A stretch of 64,000 nucleotides of DNA. It comes from an uncultured Bacilli bacterium. Its GTDB lineage: Bacteria > Bacillota_I > Bacilli_A > RF39 > UBA660. Every line of letters starts with the position of its first letter. Position 1 is the stretch's first letter. Below are positions 48,014 to 57,270 of the stretch, piece after piece. The stretch is from positions 12,729-76,728 of the forward strand of contig CANRCR010000001.1 of assembly GCA_947629165.1 (NCBI GenBank), given 5' to 3'. The position numbers were made by a program, and so were the translations under genes. The notes under the pieces are model-generated. The model was not told the origin of the DNA. It saw nothing but the letters and a program-made list of their open reading frames with translations, and did not search any database.

Positions 48014-48040
48014 AGTGGTGACAAGTGGTGAAAAGTGGGG
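48014..48040 (+). promoter_or_regulatory. MraZ operator: three direct repeats at 10-bp spacing
   Basis: AGTGGTG (48014-48020) ACA AGTGGTG (48024-48030) AAA AGTGGGG (48034-48040), immediately upstream of the mraZ RBS/ATG. Confidence 0.7.
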
Positions 48041-48047
48041 GATTTTT

Positions 48048-48485
48048 ATGTTAATGGGAGAGTTTCATCATACCATCGATGAAAAAAATCGTTTGATTGT
48101 TCCTTCTAAATTCCGCGAAGAATTAGGAAACAGTTTTGTAATTACCCGTGGACTTGAAGGATGCTTATTTGCATATCCTCTTGTCGAATGGAACAATATT
48201 GTTACGAAATTAAAATCTTTACCATTTACCAAAAAAGATGCTAGAAGTTTTTCTAGGTTTTTCTTGTCTGGTGCTACGATAGCTGAATTTGACAAACAGG
48301 GTAGAATCAACATAGCCTCTCCATTAGTTCATTACGCCGATTTGAAAAAAAATTGCGTGATCGTCGGCGTAAATGAACGATTAGAAATTTGGTCAGAAGA
48401 AAGATGGAACCAATTTATGCAGGATAATGAAGAAGATTTATCTGAAATTGCAGAACATCTTTTCGACATCGATTTCAACTTTTAG
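48048..48485 (+). CDS. mraZ: transcriptional regulator MraZ
   Basis: MLMGEFHHTIDEKNRLIVPSKFREEL plus a second DxxxR-type SpoVT/AbrB repeat (FDKQGRINI). Confidence 0.93.
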   Translation: MLMGEFHHTIDEKNRLIVPSKFREELGNSFVITRGLEGCLFAYPLVEWNNIVTKLKSLPFTKKDARSFSRFFLSGATIAEFDKQGRINIASPLVHYADLKKNCVIVGVNERLEIWSEERWNQFMQDNEEDLSEIAEHLFDIDFNF

Positions 48486-48493
48486 GTGTTATT

Positions 48494-49423
48494 ATGGAAA
48501 AACATATTAGTGTTTTATTAGATGAGTCTATTCAGTCGTTAAATTTAGAAGATGAAAGCATCATCGTAGATTGCACTCTTGGTTATGGTGGTCATTCTAG
48601 TGAAATCTTAAAAAGAATAAAAAGGGGTTCTTTATTCGCCTTTGACCAAGACCAAGAGGCAATCGATTATGCAACGGAACGTTTAAGTGCCATTGGTACT
48701 AATTTTACCGTTATTAAGAGCAATTTTAAAAATTTAAAAAAGGAACTTGAACAACGTGGAATAACGGAAGTCGATGGTATTTTATTTGATTTAGGTGTTT
48801 CGAGTCCTCAATTGGACGAGGGAAGACGCGGTTTTAGTTATCATCAGGATGCACCTCTCGATATGCGGATGGATCAAAGTGTTCCTTTTTCGGCAGTCGA
48901 TGTAGTAAATTCTTATTCTGAAGCAGACTTAACCCGTATTTTTTATCAATATGGGGAAGAAAAGTATGCCCCTAGCATTGCTCGGAATATTGTTAAAAAA
49001 AGAAGTGAAAAACCGATTGAAATGACTTTTGAATTAGCGGATATTATTCGTTCTTCTGTCCCTGAAAAAGTACGAAAAAAAGGACATCCTGCACGAAAGG
49101 TTTTTCAAGCAATTCGAATTGAAGTAAATCAAGAACTTCCTATTTTGGAAAGCAGTTTGAAAGATGCGTTATCACTTCTTAAAGTAGGTGGAAGGTTAGC
49201 GGTTATTACTTTTCATTCGTTAGAAGATCGTATCGTTAAAAATTGTTTTAAAGAAGTTTGTAGTGTCGATCCAAAAGTAAAAGGTTTGCCTTCGATTCCA
49301 GATATGTATTTACCGAACTATCAATTGGTTTATCGAAAAGCGATTGAACCGAGCGAAGAAGAATTGGAGCGAAATAATCGAGCACGTTCTGCAAAGTTAC
49401 GTGTCGTTGAAAGAATAAAATAA
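48494..49423 (+). CDS. rsmH: 16S rRNA (cytosine1402-N4)-methyltransferase RsmH
   Basis: HISVLLDES...VDCTLGYGGHS...GILFDLGVSSPQLD...ITFHSLEDRIVK. Confidence 0.95.
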   Translation: MEKHISVLLDESIQSLNLEDESIIVDCTLGYGGHSSEILKRIKRGSLFAFDQDQEAIDYATERLSAIGTNFTVIKSNFKNLKKELEQRGITEVDGILFDLGVSSPQLDEGRRGFSYHQDAPLDMRMDQSVPFSAVDVVNSYSEADLTRIFYQYGEEKYAPSIARNIVKKRSEKPIEMTFELADIIRSSVPEKVRKKGHPARKVFQAIRIEVNQELPILESSLKDALSLLKVGGRLAVITFHSLEDRIVKNCFKEVCSVDPKVKGLPSIPDMYLPNYQLVYRKAIEPSEEELERNNRARSAKLRVVERIK

Positions 49424-49437
49424 AGGGAGATGAAAAA

Positions 49438-49728
49438 ATGCGTAAAGTAAAAAAACGTCTTAAGATGAGCAAATTTGAAAAATTGCTTTATATTTTTACT
49501 ATTTTACTTGTCGTATTATCTCCGGTTGCCATTGTGTTTACTAAGGCAACCTTATCTGAAATAAATTTTGAGGTTGAAAAAACTAAAAAAGAAATTGCTT
49601 CTCAAACAAAGAAAAATGAGAGCTTAAGTATGACAATCAATGAACTTGCATCGCTTGATAAAATTCAGGCAATTGCTCAAGAGCAAGGTCTTACTTATAA
49701 TAATGATAATATTAAGTCCATTGATTAA
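49438..49728 (+). CDS. ftsL: cell division protein FtsL
   Basis: 96 aa, one TM helix followed by a coiled coil. Conserved position after rsmH. GGGAG RBS. Confidence 0.75.
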   Translation: MRKVKKRLKMSKFEKLLYIFTILLVVLSPVAIVFTKATLSEINFEVEKTKKEIASQTKKNESLSMTINELASLDKIQAIAQEQGLTYNNDNIKSID

Positions 49729-49743
49729 TATGGACTTTTTTTA
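49714..49743 (+). terminator. intrinsic terminator inside the dcw cluster (after ftsL)
   Basis: AAGTCCAT (49714-49721) / ATGGACTT (49730-49737) followed by TTTTTT. Overlaps the ftsL stop. Confidence 0.7.
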
Positions 49744-49750
49744 TAGTCGT

Positions 49751-49779
49751 TTGCACGGAAAAATATCTTGTGGTACAAT
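49751..49779 (+). promoter_or_regulatory. sigma-A promoter for pbpB
   Basis: TTGCAC (49751-49756), 17 nt spacer ending in TG-n, TACAAT (49774-49779). Confidence 0.6.
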
Positions 49780-49805
49780 AAGTTAAGAAGATAGAGGTGA
49801 GTCTT

Positions 49806-52022
49806 TTGGCAAGAAAAAAAACAAAGTCAAAGAAAAAACTTCATAATCAAGTTGGATTTGGTAATAGTATTTTAATTGTTGCCTTTTTTTGCTTTGTTAT
49901 TATTGCCCTTCGTGGTGGACAGTTGGCTCTTTCGGAAGAAATTGATGGTATCAATTTAAAAGAATTTGCATCTTATCGGACCACGGCAACCGATATCATT
50001 CCTGCAAAAAGGGGAACTATCTACGATATCAATGGAAATATTCTTGCTCAAAACGTGTATTCTTATACTTTAATAGCTTATCTTGATGCTTCTAGAACAA
50101 CAGATGCGAATAAACCAAAACATGTCGTAGATGTCGAAATGACAGCCGAACAATTAGCTCCTATTTTAGGTATGGAAAAAGAGCGAATTATAGAAATTAT
50201 TCAAAATGCCCAAGCGAAGAATGCTTATCAAACCGAATTTGGTTCGAAAGGACGCGGACTTACTGAACTTGTAAAATCTCAAATTCAAGCACTTCAATTA
50301 CCTGGAATCGATTTTATTGAAACACAAAAAAGATATTATCCGAATGGTAATTTTTTATCTTATACGATTGGTTATGCTAAAAATAATAGCGATGGAACGA
50401 TTGTCGGGGAAATGGGACTTGAATCTTATTATAATGAAACTTTATCCGGTGTACCTGGATCGATTACTTATCAGAAAGATTTAAAAGGATATCAAATTGC
50501 TAATACCCCTGAAATTCGACATGAGGCGATTGCGGGTAAAGATATTTATTTAACAATCGATGATAACATTCAATTTTTTATTGAACAGGCGATAAAAAAC
50601 AGTGCTAGTAAATATACTTTTGAGCGAATTAATATTATTGTTGCCGAAGCATCGACCGGACGTATATTAGGAATGTCTACGTATCCTTCTTTTGATCCAA
50701 ATGTTCGCGATATTAGTGTTTGGGAAGATCCGCTTATTTCGACGGCTATTGAGCCTGGGTCAACGATGAAAATTTATTCGTATATGGCAGCAATGGAATC
50801 AGGAAATTACAACGGACAAGAAACTTTTAAATCCGGTGTTTATGTAACGAAAGATGGAACTGAAATTGGTGACCATGATCGAAGAGGTTGGGGTTATATT
50901 ACTTTTGATCGAGGATTCGCTTTATCGAGTAACGTCGGTGCTTTGACTTTAGTAGAACGTTATATGAGTGGGGATACTTTACGAGATTATTATTTACGTT
51001 TAGGATTTGGAGGACCTACGGGAATCGAATTACCAAACGAGTCCAATGGAAAAATTGCTTTCCGTTACGAAACAGAAATATTTAATGCGGCTTTTGGACA
51101 AGGTGTTATGACTACTCCGATTCAAAATGTTAAAGCTTTGACTTCCTTATCGAATGATGGGGTACTTTTACAACCTTATTTAGTAGATCGCATTGTCGAT
51201 CCCGTATCGGGCGATGTTATCTATGAAGGTAAAACAAAGGAATTAGGTAGAGTAGCTAGTGAAGAGACTGTTACGAAAATGATTTCTTTAATGCACGATG
51301 TCGTGACGGATGGAACCGGAACACCTTATTATATGGAAGGCTACGATATCGCGGCTAAAACAGGAACTGCTCAAATTTCCGACGGAAATGGATATTTAAC
51401 GGGAGAAAGCGATGTTATTCGTGGCTTTGCTGGACTTTATCCAGGAAATGATCCGGAGTATATTATTTATGCAACGGTAACCAAACCTAGTCCTAATGAT
51501 ACAAAACCTTTATCCGACGCTATCAAAGAAATTATTAAAAATATCGCAAAATATAAAAATATGGAAACTGTTTCTTCTCCTAAAGAAGAAATCGTTTCAC
51601 TTACACTCGATAGTTATTACAGTAGGAACATAACTAAAGTTGTCGATGAATTTAATACGCTAGGAATTCCAACCGTCGTAATTGGCGATGGCGATACGAT
51701 TATTAATCAATATCCAAAACAGGGAACGGTGATTAATTCAAAAGAAAAAGTTTATTTTGTTACGAATGGAAAAAATATCACTTTACCTGACTTAACGGGA
51801 TGGAGTCATAAGGAAGTATCTACTTTCTTCGAACTGATTGGATACCCTTATACGGTAAAAGGAACTGGATACGTTACTTCACAAAGTGTTAAAAAGGGCA
51901 CTAAACTCGATTCCGATACTACCGTGGCACTCGAATTACAGCCTAAATTTGATACATCGACCGAAAAAGAGAAGGATGATTCGAATGCTGATTCATCGGA
52001 TAAGAAAACGAAAGAGGAATGA
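49806..52022 (+). CDS. pbpB: penicillin-binding protein 2B (class B PBP, FtsI-type) with two PASTA domains
   Basis: TTG 49806 follows GAGGTGA (the track ORF starts at GTG 49797, inside the RBS). TM anchor, dimerisation domain, transpeptidase motifs STMK, SSN, KTGT, and two C-terminal PASTA repeats. Confidence 0.9.
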   Translation: MARKKTKSKKKLHNQVGFGNSILIVAFFCFVIIALRGGQLALSEEIDGINLKEFASYRTTATDIIPAKRGTIYDINGNILAQNVYSYTLIAYLDASRTTDANKPKHVVDVEMTAEQLAPILGMEKERIIEIIQNAQAKNAYQTEFGSKGRGLTELVKSQIQALQLPGIDFIETQKRYYPNGNFLSYTIGYAKNNSDGTIVGEMGLESYYNETLSGVPGSITYQKDLKGYQIANTPEIRHEAIAGKDIYLTIDDNIQFFIEQAIKNSASKYTFERINIIVAEASTGRILGMSTYPSFDPNVRDISVWEDPLISTAIEPGSTMKIYSYMAAMESGNYNGQETFKSGVYVTKDGTEIGDHDRRGWGYITFDRGFALSSNVGALTLVERYMSGDTLRDYYLRLGFGGPTGIELPNESNGKIAFRYETEIFNAAFGQGVMTTPIQNVKALTSLSNDGVLLQPYLVDRIVDPVSGDVIYEGKTKELGRVASEETVTKMISLMHDVVTDGTGTPYYMEGYDIAAKTGTAQISDGNGYLTGESDVIRGFAGLYPGNDPEYIIYATVTKPSPNDTKPLSDAIKEIIKNIAKYKNMETVSSPKEEIVSLTLDSYYSRNITKVVDEFNTLGIPTVVIGDGDTIINQYPKQGTVINSKEKVYFVTNGKNITLPDLTGWSHKEVSTFFELIGYPYTVKGTGYVTSQSVKKGTKLDSDTTVALELQPKFDTSTEKEKDDSNADSSDKKTKEE

Positions 52023-52038
52023 TTTCCTCTTTTTTTTC
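52011..52038 (+). terminator. intrinsic terminator after pbpB
   Basis: AAAGAGGAA (52011-52019), 4-nt loop containing the stop, TTCCTCTTT (52024-52032), then TTTTT. Confidence 0.8.
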
Positions 52039-52061
52039 ATAGGTTATTTTGAGGTGACTTC

Positions 52062-53966
52062 ATGTTTTTTAAAAAAATAGATGCTCGTATCAAAGTACTT
52101 TTTTTAATCTTAATTTTATTATTTATTTTTATAATTGCGCGTGTTTTTTATGTACAAGTTATCGACTATGATAAATTATCGGATTTAGCGGATGATCTAT
52201 GGAGTCGTAATTTGCCTATCGAAGCAAATCGTGGATTGATCTTAGATCGTAATGGGGTAGTGCTAGCAGATAATTTAACCACTACCTCATTGGTTCTCAT
52301 TCCTAGTCAAATTGATGATAAGGAAAAGACAATTCAATTACTTGCTCCCATTCTTCAAGTAAGTGAAGAAGAAATGGCCTCTCATGTCAATAAAGTAACT
52401 TCTATCGAACGTGTTCATCCGGAAGGAAGAAGACTTTCCTACGAGGTTGCCGATCAGATAGCTTCTTTAAAGTTACCGGGAGTTTATCTAGTAAAAGAAG
52501 CAAAACGTTATTATCCCTACGGTGATTTATTATCCCATGTTTTAGGATATGTCGGTATCGATAATCAAGGATTATCGGGATTGGAATTACAGTATGATTC
52601 GTATCTAACTGGGGAACAAGGTGCTATTAAATATTTTTCGGATGCGAAAGGAAACAAATTAAATTTATCGGAAGTATATGTCGAACCTCAAGATGGTATG
52701 AATATTCAGTTGACAATCGATTACAAGATTCAAATGTCACTCGAACGGGAAATGGACAATGTCGTATCTATGTTTCATCCGGATATGGCATTAGCTATTG
52801 CCATCGATCCTAATAATGGTGAAATATTAGGAATGAGTTCGCGTCCTAACTTTGATCCAAATCAGTATCAAAATTATTCGATGGAAACACTTTCTCGAAA
52901 TCTTCCCATTTGGGCATCTTACGAACCTGGAAGTACCTTTAAAATTATGACTTTTGCTTCTGCCCTCGAAGAAAATTTAATTGATATGGAAAAAGATCAT
53001 TTTTATGATTCAGGTGGTGTCACGATTGGAGGAAGTAGAATCGGTTGTTGGAAAGCAGGAGGACATGGGGATCAGACTTTTTTACAGGTGTTAGAAAATT
53101 CTTGTAATCCGGGTTTTGTTAAATTAGGTCAAATGTTAGGTAAAGAACGATTATTTTCTTATCTTGAAAAATTTGGATTCGGTTCGAAAACAGGAATTGA
53201 TTTAAATGGGGAAGGGGAAGGAATTATTTTTCCACTCGATAAAGTAGGCGAATTGGAACTAGTAACAACGGCCTTTGGGCAAGGGGTAAGTGTCACTCCT
53301 ATTCAACAAGTAGCAGCCGTTTCTTCTGTCGTTAATGGGGGAAACCTCTATCAACCGTACATTGTTAAAAATATTTTGGAACCTGAAACGAATAGTATTA
53401 TCGAAACATTTGATAAAAAGTTAATTCGAACGACGATCCGTCCCGAAACTTCTTTGAAGATGCGCTATGCCCTTGAAAGTGTTGTTGCTCGTGGGGGAGG
53501 AAGATATGCCTATATCGATGGTTACCGCATTGGAGGAAAAACGGGAACAGCTCAAAAAGTTGAAAATGGACGTTACTTAGTAAATAATTATATTATGTCA
53601 TTTATGGCGGTAGTTCCAAGTAATGATCCTCAGGCAATTTTATATGTGGCTATTGATAATCCTAAAAATACAGCGATGTTATCGAGTTATACAACAGCAC
53701 CGGTTGCGCGAAGAATTTTATTAGATATTATCGATGCACTCGGTATAGAAAAACAAGAAGGGCAAATCGAAAAAGTTTATCAATGGGACGATGCCGTTTA
53801 TACCGAAGTTCCTAACGTTATTGGAATGAGCGTTAAAGAAGCGACCAAAGCACTCAATGAATTTAAAGTAGAATACACTGGTGAAGGCACGAAAGTAATT
53901 GAACAAAGTCCAGTAGCGGGAAGCCGTATTGCGAAAGATAGTACGGTTCGTCTACTGCTCGAATGA
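52062..53966 (+). CDS. spoVD: stage V sporulation protein D-type class B PBP (one PASTA domain)
   Basis: TM anchor, motifs STFK, SCN, KTGT, and a single PASTA domain at the C-terminus. Position after pbpB matches B. subtilis. Confidence 0.82.
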   Translation: MFFKKIDARIKVLFLILILLFIFIIARVFYVQVIDYDKLSDLADDLWSRNLPIEANRGLILDRNGVVLADNLTTTSLVLIPSQIDDKEKTIQLLAPILQVSEEEMASHVNKVTSIERVHPEGRRLSYEVADQIASLKLPGVYLVKEAKRYYPYGDLLSHVLGYVGIDNQGLSGLELQYDSYLTGEQGAIKYFSDAKGNKLNLSEVYVEPQDGMNIQLTIDYKIQMSLEREMDNVVSMFHPDMALAIAIDPNNGEILGMSSRPNFDPNQYQNYSMETLSRNLPIWASYEPGSTFKIMTFASALEENLIDMEKDHFYDSGGVTIGGSRIGCWKAGGHGDQTFLQVLENSCNPGFVKLGQMLGKERLFSYLEKFGFGSKTGIDLNGEGEGIIFPLDKVGELELVTTAFGQGVSVTPIQQVAAVSSVVNGGNLYQPYIVKNILEPETNSIIETFDKKLIRTTIRPETSLKMRYALESVVARGGGRYAYIDGYRIGGKTGTAQKVENGRYLVNNYIMSFMAVVPSNDPQAILYVAIDNPKNTAMLSSYTTAPVARRILLDIIDALGIEKQEGQIEKVYQWDDAVYTEVPNVIGMSVKEATKALNEFKVEYTGEGTKVIEQSPVAGSRIAKDSTVRLLLE

Positions 53967-54068
53967 ACGATTTTTTTCTACTGTAAAATAATGTACAACT
54001 TTAGGAAATGTATCCTAAACACTTTGTTTTTGTAGTATAATTTGTTAAAGAAACGGGAGTTGAAAATA

Positions 54069-55058
54069 ATGCAATCAATGCTTACTTTAAATAAAGTTAT
54101 TGCCGTTGTCATGATCGGATTTTTGTCGTCCGTTGTTTTTGGACTTATTCTAATTCCAATTTTAAAAAGAATGCATATTGGTCAACGTATCAGTGCTTAT
54201 GTTGGAGAAAATCATCGTAAAAAAGAGGGTACTCCAACCATGGGTGGACTTATTTTTATTGTACCTACGGTTATTACAACACTTATATTGATTGCTCTTG
54301 GGTACCTGACATTAACGGATGATTTAGGACTGGTATTAATTGTTTTTGTCGGTTATGCTGTACTTGGTTTTTTGGATGACTATCTATCTATTAAGCGAAA
54401 AGAAAATGATGGTTTAACCGCTCCTCAAAAGTTTTTTGGGCAATTGGTGATGGCTTTAATTGTCTTTTACCTTTACATGAAAGGTGGAAATAGTACTGCT
54501 TTTGTCGTCAGTACACTTGGAATCAATATCGAAATGGGTTGGTTCTACGGGGTATTTATTCTTTTCTTGTTAATTGGTAGTAGTAATGCCGTGAATTTAA
54601 CCGATGGATTAGATGGACTTGCCGGTGGTTTATCCGCGATTGCTTTTATTGCCTTCAGTTTGATTTCCATGATGGTTGGATTTACGGATCTCGGTTTATT
54701 TACTTTCTTATTAGTTGGTAGTTTACTTGGATTTTTAGTTTATAATACACATCCTGCCAAAGTCTTTATGGGCGATACTGGTTCTCTTAGTTTAGGAGCC
54801 GTTATGGCGGTAATTGCAATTTTAGTTCACCGGGAACTTACGCTTTTAGTAGTTGCCTTTGTATTTGTTATTGAAACGTTAAGTGTTATCTTACAAGTAT
54901 TTTGGCTCGTTGTTTTCCATAAAAAGTTATTTTTGATGACGCCGTTACATCATCATTTTGAAAAATTAGGATGGGAAGAAAACGATATTGTTAAACTCTT
55001 TTGGGTCGTTGGTTTAATTCTTGCTATGAGTGGTATTTACTTTGGTATTTGGATGTAA
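54069..55058 (+). CDS. mraY: phospho-N-acetylmuramoyl-pentapeptide transferase
   Basis: ATG 54069 follows GGGAG. KEGTPTMGG, NAVNLTDGLDGLA, MGDTGSL, HHHFE motifs. Confidence 0.95.
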   Translation: MQSMLTLNKVIAVVMIGFLSSVVFGLILIPILKRMHIGQRISAYVGENHRKKEGTPTMGGLIFIVPTVITTLILIALGYLTLTDDLGLVLIVFVGYAVLGFLDDYLSIKRKENDGLTAPQKFFGQLVMALIVFYLYMKGGNSTAFVVSTLGINIEMGWFYGVFILFLLIGSSNAVNLTDGLDGLAGGLSAIAFIAFSLISMMVGFTDLGLFTFLLVGSLLGFLVYNTHPAKVFMGDTGSLSLGAVMAVIAILVHRELTLLVVAFVFVIETLSVILQVFWLVVFHKKLFLMTPLHHHFEKLGWEENDIVKLFWVVGLILAMSGIYFGIWM

Positions 55059-55070
55059 GAAAGGATAATT

Positions 55071-56159
55071 ATGAAAAGAAAAAAATGGGATAAGGTTCTT
55101 TTTATCGCCGTTTTGTTCTTAGTATTATTTGGACTTGTAATGATTTATTCCGCTTCTAGTATTTGGGCGGAATATAAATTTGGCGATCCCTTTCGATACG
55201 TCAAAAGTCAATCATTATTTATTGCAATCGGAATCCTATTAATGTATACAGTAGCAAAAATAGATTACACATGGTATTACAAAAAGACAAACCTTATATT
55301 AAGTGTTTGTCTTTTATTATTAGTTTTGGTTTTAATTCCTGGTATTGGAAGTGTTCGAAATGGAAGCCGTAGTTGGTTTGGAATTGGCTCTTTTGGAATA
55401 CAACCTTCCGAATTTGTAAAACTTGCCTTAATTATTTTTACAGCAAAATATTTATCGAAAAGTAATAAATTTGTAAGAGATTGGAAACGAGGAGTAATTC
55501 CGATTTTAGTTATTTTGTTTGTGATTTTTGGATTAATTATGTTACAACCGGATTTTGGTACAGGAATGATTATCGTCGTCAGTATTATTGCAATGCTTTT
55601 TATTGCTGGTGTAGATATGCGTTTTTTCTTAGGCTTAGGAGCGTTGGGCGTAGTAGGAATTGTCGCCTTAATTTTAGTTGCGCCTTATCGAATGGACCGT
55701 ATCACTTCCTTTATAAATCCCTGGAGTGATCCTTTAGGTACTGGATTTCAAATTATTCAAAGTTTATATGCGATTGGTCCAGGTGGATTACTTGGGATGG
55801 GATTTATGAATTCAAGACAGAAACATTTTTATTTACCTGAACCTCAAACCGATTTTATTTTTTCTATTATTTCTGAAGAGTTTGGCGTATTAGGTGTTAT
55901 ACTCGTAAGTGCTCTTTTTTTAATCATATTATGGCGAGGAATTCGAATAGCACTTAATACCAAGGATTCATTTGCAAAATATTTAGCTTTTGGAATGATT
56001 TTTCAAATTATTATTCAATCGATTATGAATTTGATGGTAGTTGTTGGTCTTATTCCCGTTACTGGTGTAACGCTTCCTTTTCTCAGTTATGGAGGAAGTA
56101 GTTTATTGGTAAGTATGGTAAGTATTGGGATTATTTTAAATATTTCAAAAAATAATTAA
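55071..56159 (+). CDS. SEDS family peptidoglycan glycosyltransferase (FtsW/SpoVE)
   Basis: 10-TM protein with SRSWFGIGSFGIQPSEF, QPDFGT, TDFIFSIISEEFG, LPFLSYGGSS. Confidence 0.9.
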   Translation: MKRKKWDKVLFIAVLFLVLFGLVMIYSASSIWAEYKFGDPFRYVKSQSLFIAIGILLMYTVAKIDYTWYYKKTNLILSVCLLLLVLVLIPGIGSVRNGSRSWFGIGSFGIQPSEFVKLALIIFTAKYLSKSNKFVRDWKRGVIPILVILFVIFGLIMLQPDFGTGMIIVVSIIAMLFIAGVDMRFFLGLGALGVVGIVALILVAPYRMDRITSFINPWSDPLGTGFQIIQSLYAIGPGGLLGMGFMNSRQKHFYLPEPQTDFIFSIISEEFGVLGVILVSALFLIILWRGIRIALNTKDSFAKYLAFGMIFQIIIQSIMNLMVVVGLIPVTGVTLPFLSYGGSSLLVSMVSIGIILNISKNN

Positions 56160-56165
56160 ATAGCA

Positions 56166-56194
56166 TTGACACAAGAACATATGTTTGATATATT
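56166..56194 (+). promoter_or_regulatory. sigma-A promoter of ORF6N paralog A
   Basis: TTGACA (56166-56171), 17 nt spacer, TATATT (56189-56194). Confidence 0.7.
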
Positions 56195-56584
56195 TTGATT
56201 GTAATCACAGTAGGGGGATTTTAGGATGAACAATATTATATTAAACGAAGAATTAAAAATTGAAAATATGATTTATGAAGTAAGAGGAAAGCAAGTTATG
56301 TTAGACTCTGATTTGGCAAAATTGTATGGAGTAGAAACAAAAAGAATCAATGAGGCAGTTAGAAGAAATTTTGAAAAATTTCCAGAGAGATTTTGTTTTA
56401 AATTAAGTAAAAATGAGTATCTTAATCTTCTAAGGTCGCAAAATGCGACCTTAGAACTAAAACGTGGTCAATATTCAAAGTACTTACCTCGTGTATTTAC
56501 CGAACAAGGAGTGGCAATGCTTGCAACAATTTTAAAATCAGATGTTGCAACGCAAGTTAGTATTGCCATAATGGATGCTTTTGT
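56193..56584 (+). repeat. copy A of a mosaic tandem duplication (partner 57271..57668)
   Basis: Block 1: 56193-56361 vs 57271-57439, 169 bp with 4 mismatches (hand count). It covers the 5' UTR, RBS and first 45 codons. Block 2: 56481-56584 vs 57565-57668, 104 bp with 3 mismatches. The segment between the blocks and everything downstream is strongly diverged. Confidence 0.9.
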
Positions 56585-57113
56585 AACGATGCGAAAATAT
56601 ATTTCTAATGAATTGATTCCGCAAAAATATATTAACAATTTAGTGATAAAACATGATAATGAGATTAAATTGTTACAAGAATCTTTTGCTAAATTTGAAG
56701 AAAAGAAAAAAGATAATGAAATTTATTTTAATGGACAAATCTATGATGCTTATTCAAAAATCATGGCTATTTTAAAAGAAGCACACGACAACATAATTAT
56801 TATTGATAACTATGCAGATAAAGTTGTTTTAGATATGATTAGGAATCTAAAAATTGATGTCACTATAATATGTAAAAGTAATGGCTTATTAAAAGGAATA
56901 GATATAAATAAATATCAACAACAATATAATAATCTAAAAGTGATTTATAGTAATAATTTTCATGATCGGTATATTATATTAGATCAAAATATAATTTATC
57001 ATTGTGGGGCTTCTCTTAACTATGCAGGTAGTAAAACTTTTTCAATTAACAAATTAGAAGATAAATTTGTAAAAGATAGTTTAATGAAATATGTACTTGC
57101 AATTATAGAATAA
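56226..57113 (+). CDS. ORF6N (KilA-N-like) DNA-binding domain protein with C-terminal degenerate PLD/HKD-like domain, paralog A
   Basis: N-terminus IYEVRGKQVMLDSDLAKLYGVETKRINEAV...FPERF...LRSQ...YLPRVFTEQGVAMLATILKSD.A.QVSIAIMDAF is the ORF6N pattern. C-terminus IIIIDNYAD...FHDRYIILDQNIIYHCGASLN (nt 56961-57020). GGGGGA RBS. Confidence 0.72.
   Translation: MNNIILNEELKIENMIYEVRGKQVMLDSDLAKLYGVETKRINEAVRRNFEKFPERFCFKLSKNEYLNLLRSQNATLELKRGQYSKYLPRVFTEQGVAMLATILKSDVATQVSIAIMDAFVTMRKYISNELIPQKYINNLVIKHDNEIKLLQESFAKFEEKKKDNEIYFNGQIYDAYSKIMAILKEAHDNIIIIDNYADKVVLDMIRNLKIDVTIICKSNGLLKGIDINKYQQQYNNLKVIYSNNFHDRYIILDQNIIYHCGASLNYAGSKTFSINKLEDKFVKDSLMKYVLAIIE
56428..56456 (+). repeat. perfect intragenic inverted repeat (13-bp arms, 3-nt loop) in paralog A
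   Basis: TTCTAAGGTCGCA AAA TGCGACCTTAGAA, encoding LRSQNATLE. Confidence 0.95.
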
Positions 57114-57270
57114 TAGTCAGTTACTTTGTAAATGTAATCAATTAAAAACTAGTTACTTTTCAAGACTTGGAAAGTATTCCTTTTTTAGTTATGGTGAAAG
57201 TAGTTCGCTGGCCTTTTGAATATTAAAAAAATCAAATCGAAACAGAGGTAAGCATTTTATGTTAAATACG

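Noticed and set aside
52038-52047. CATAGGTTAT before spoVD, as a possible sigma-E promoter -10
   Set aside because: It is only about 15 nt upstream of the ATG, so the transcript would start inside or after the GAGGTG RBS. This is geometrically implausible.
57155-57186. Hairpin ACTTTTC..GGAAAGT, then ATTCC and TTTTTT, as a terminator of ORF6N paralog A
   Set aside because: The stem is short and contains a wobble pair, and the T-run is separated from the stem by 5 nt. This is not convincing enough to list. Read-through into paralog B, which lacks a good promoter, seems equally likely.
57191-57226. 11-codon micro-ORF (ATGGTGAAAGTAGTTCGCTGGCCTTTTGAATATTAA) in the spacer between the ORF6N paralogs
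   Set aside because: It has no RBS and no conservation evidence. Its size is within chance expectation for a 190-bp AT-rich spacer.
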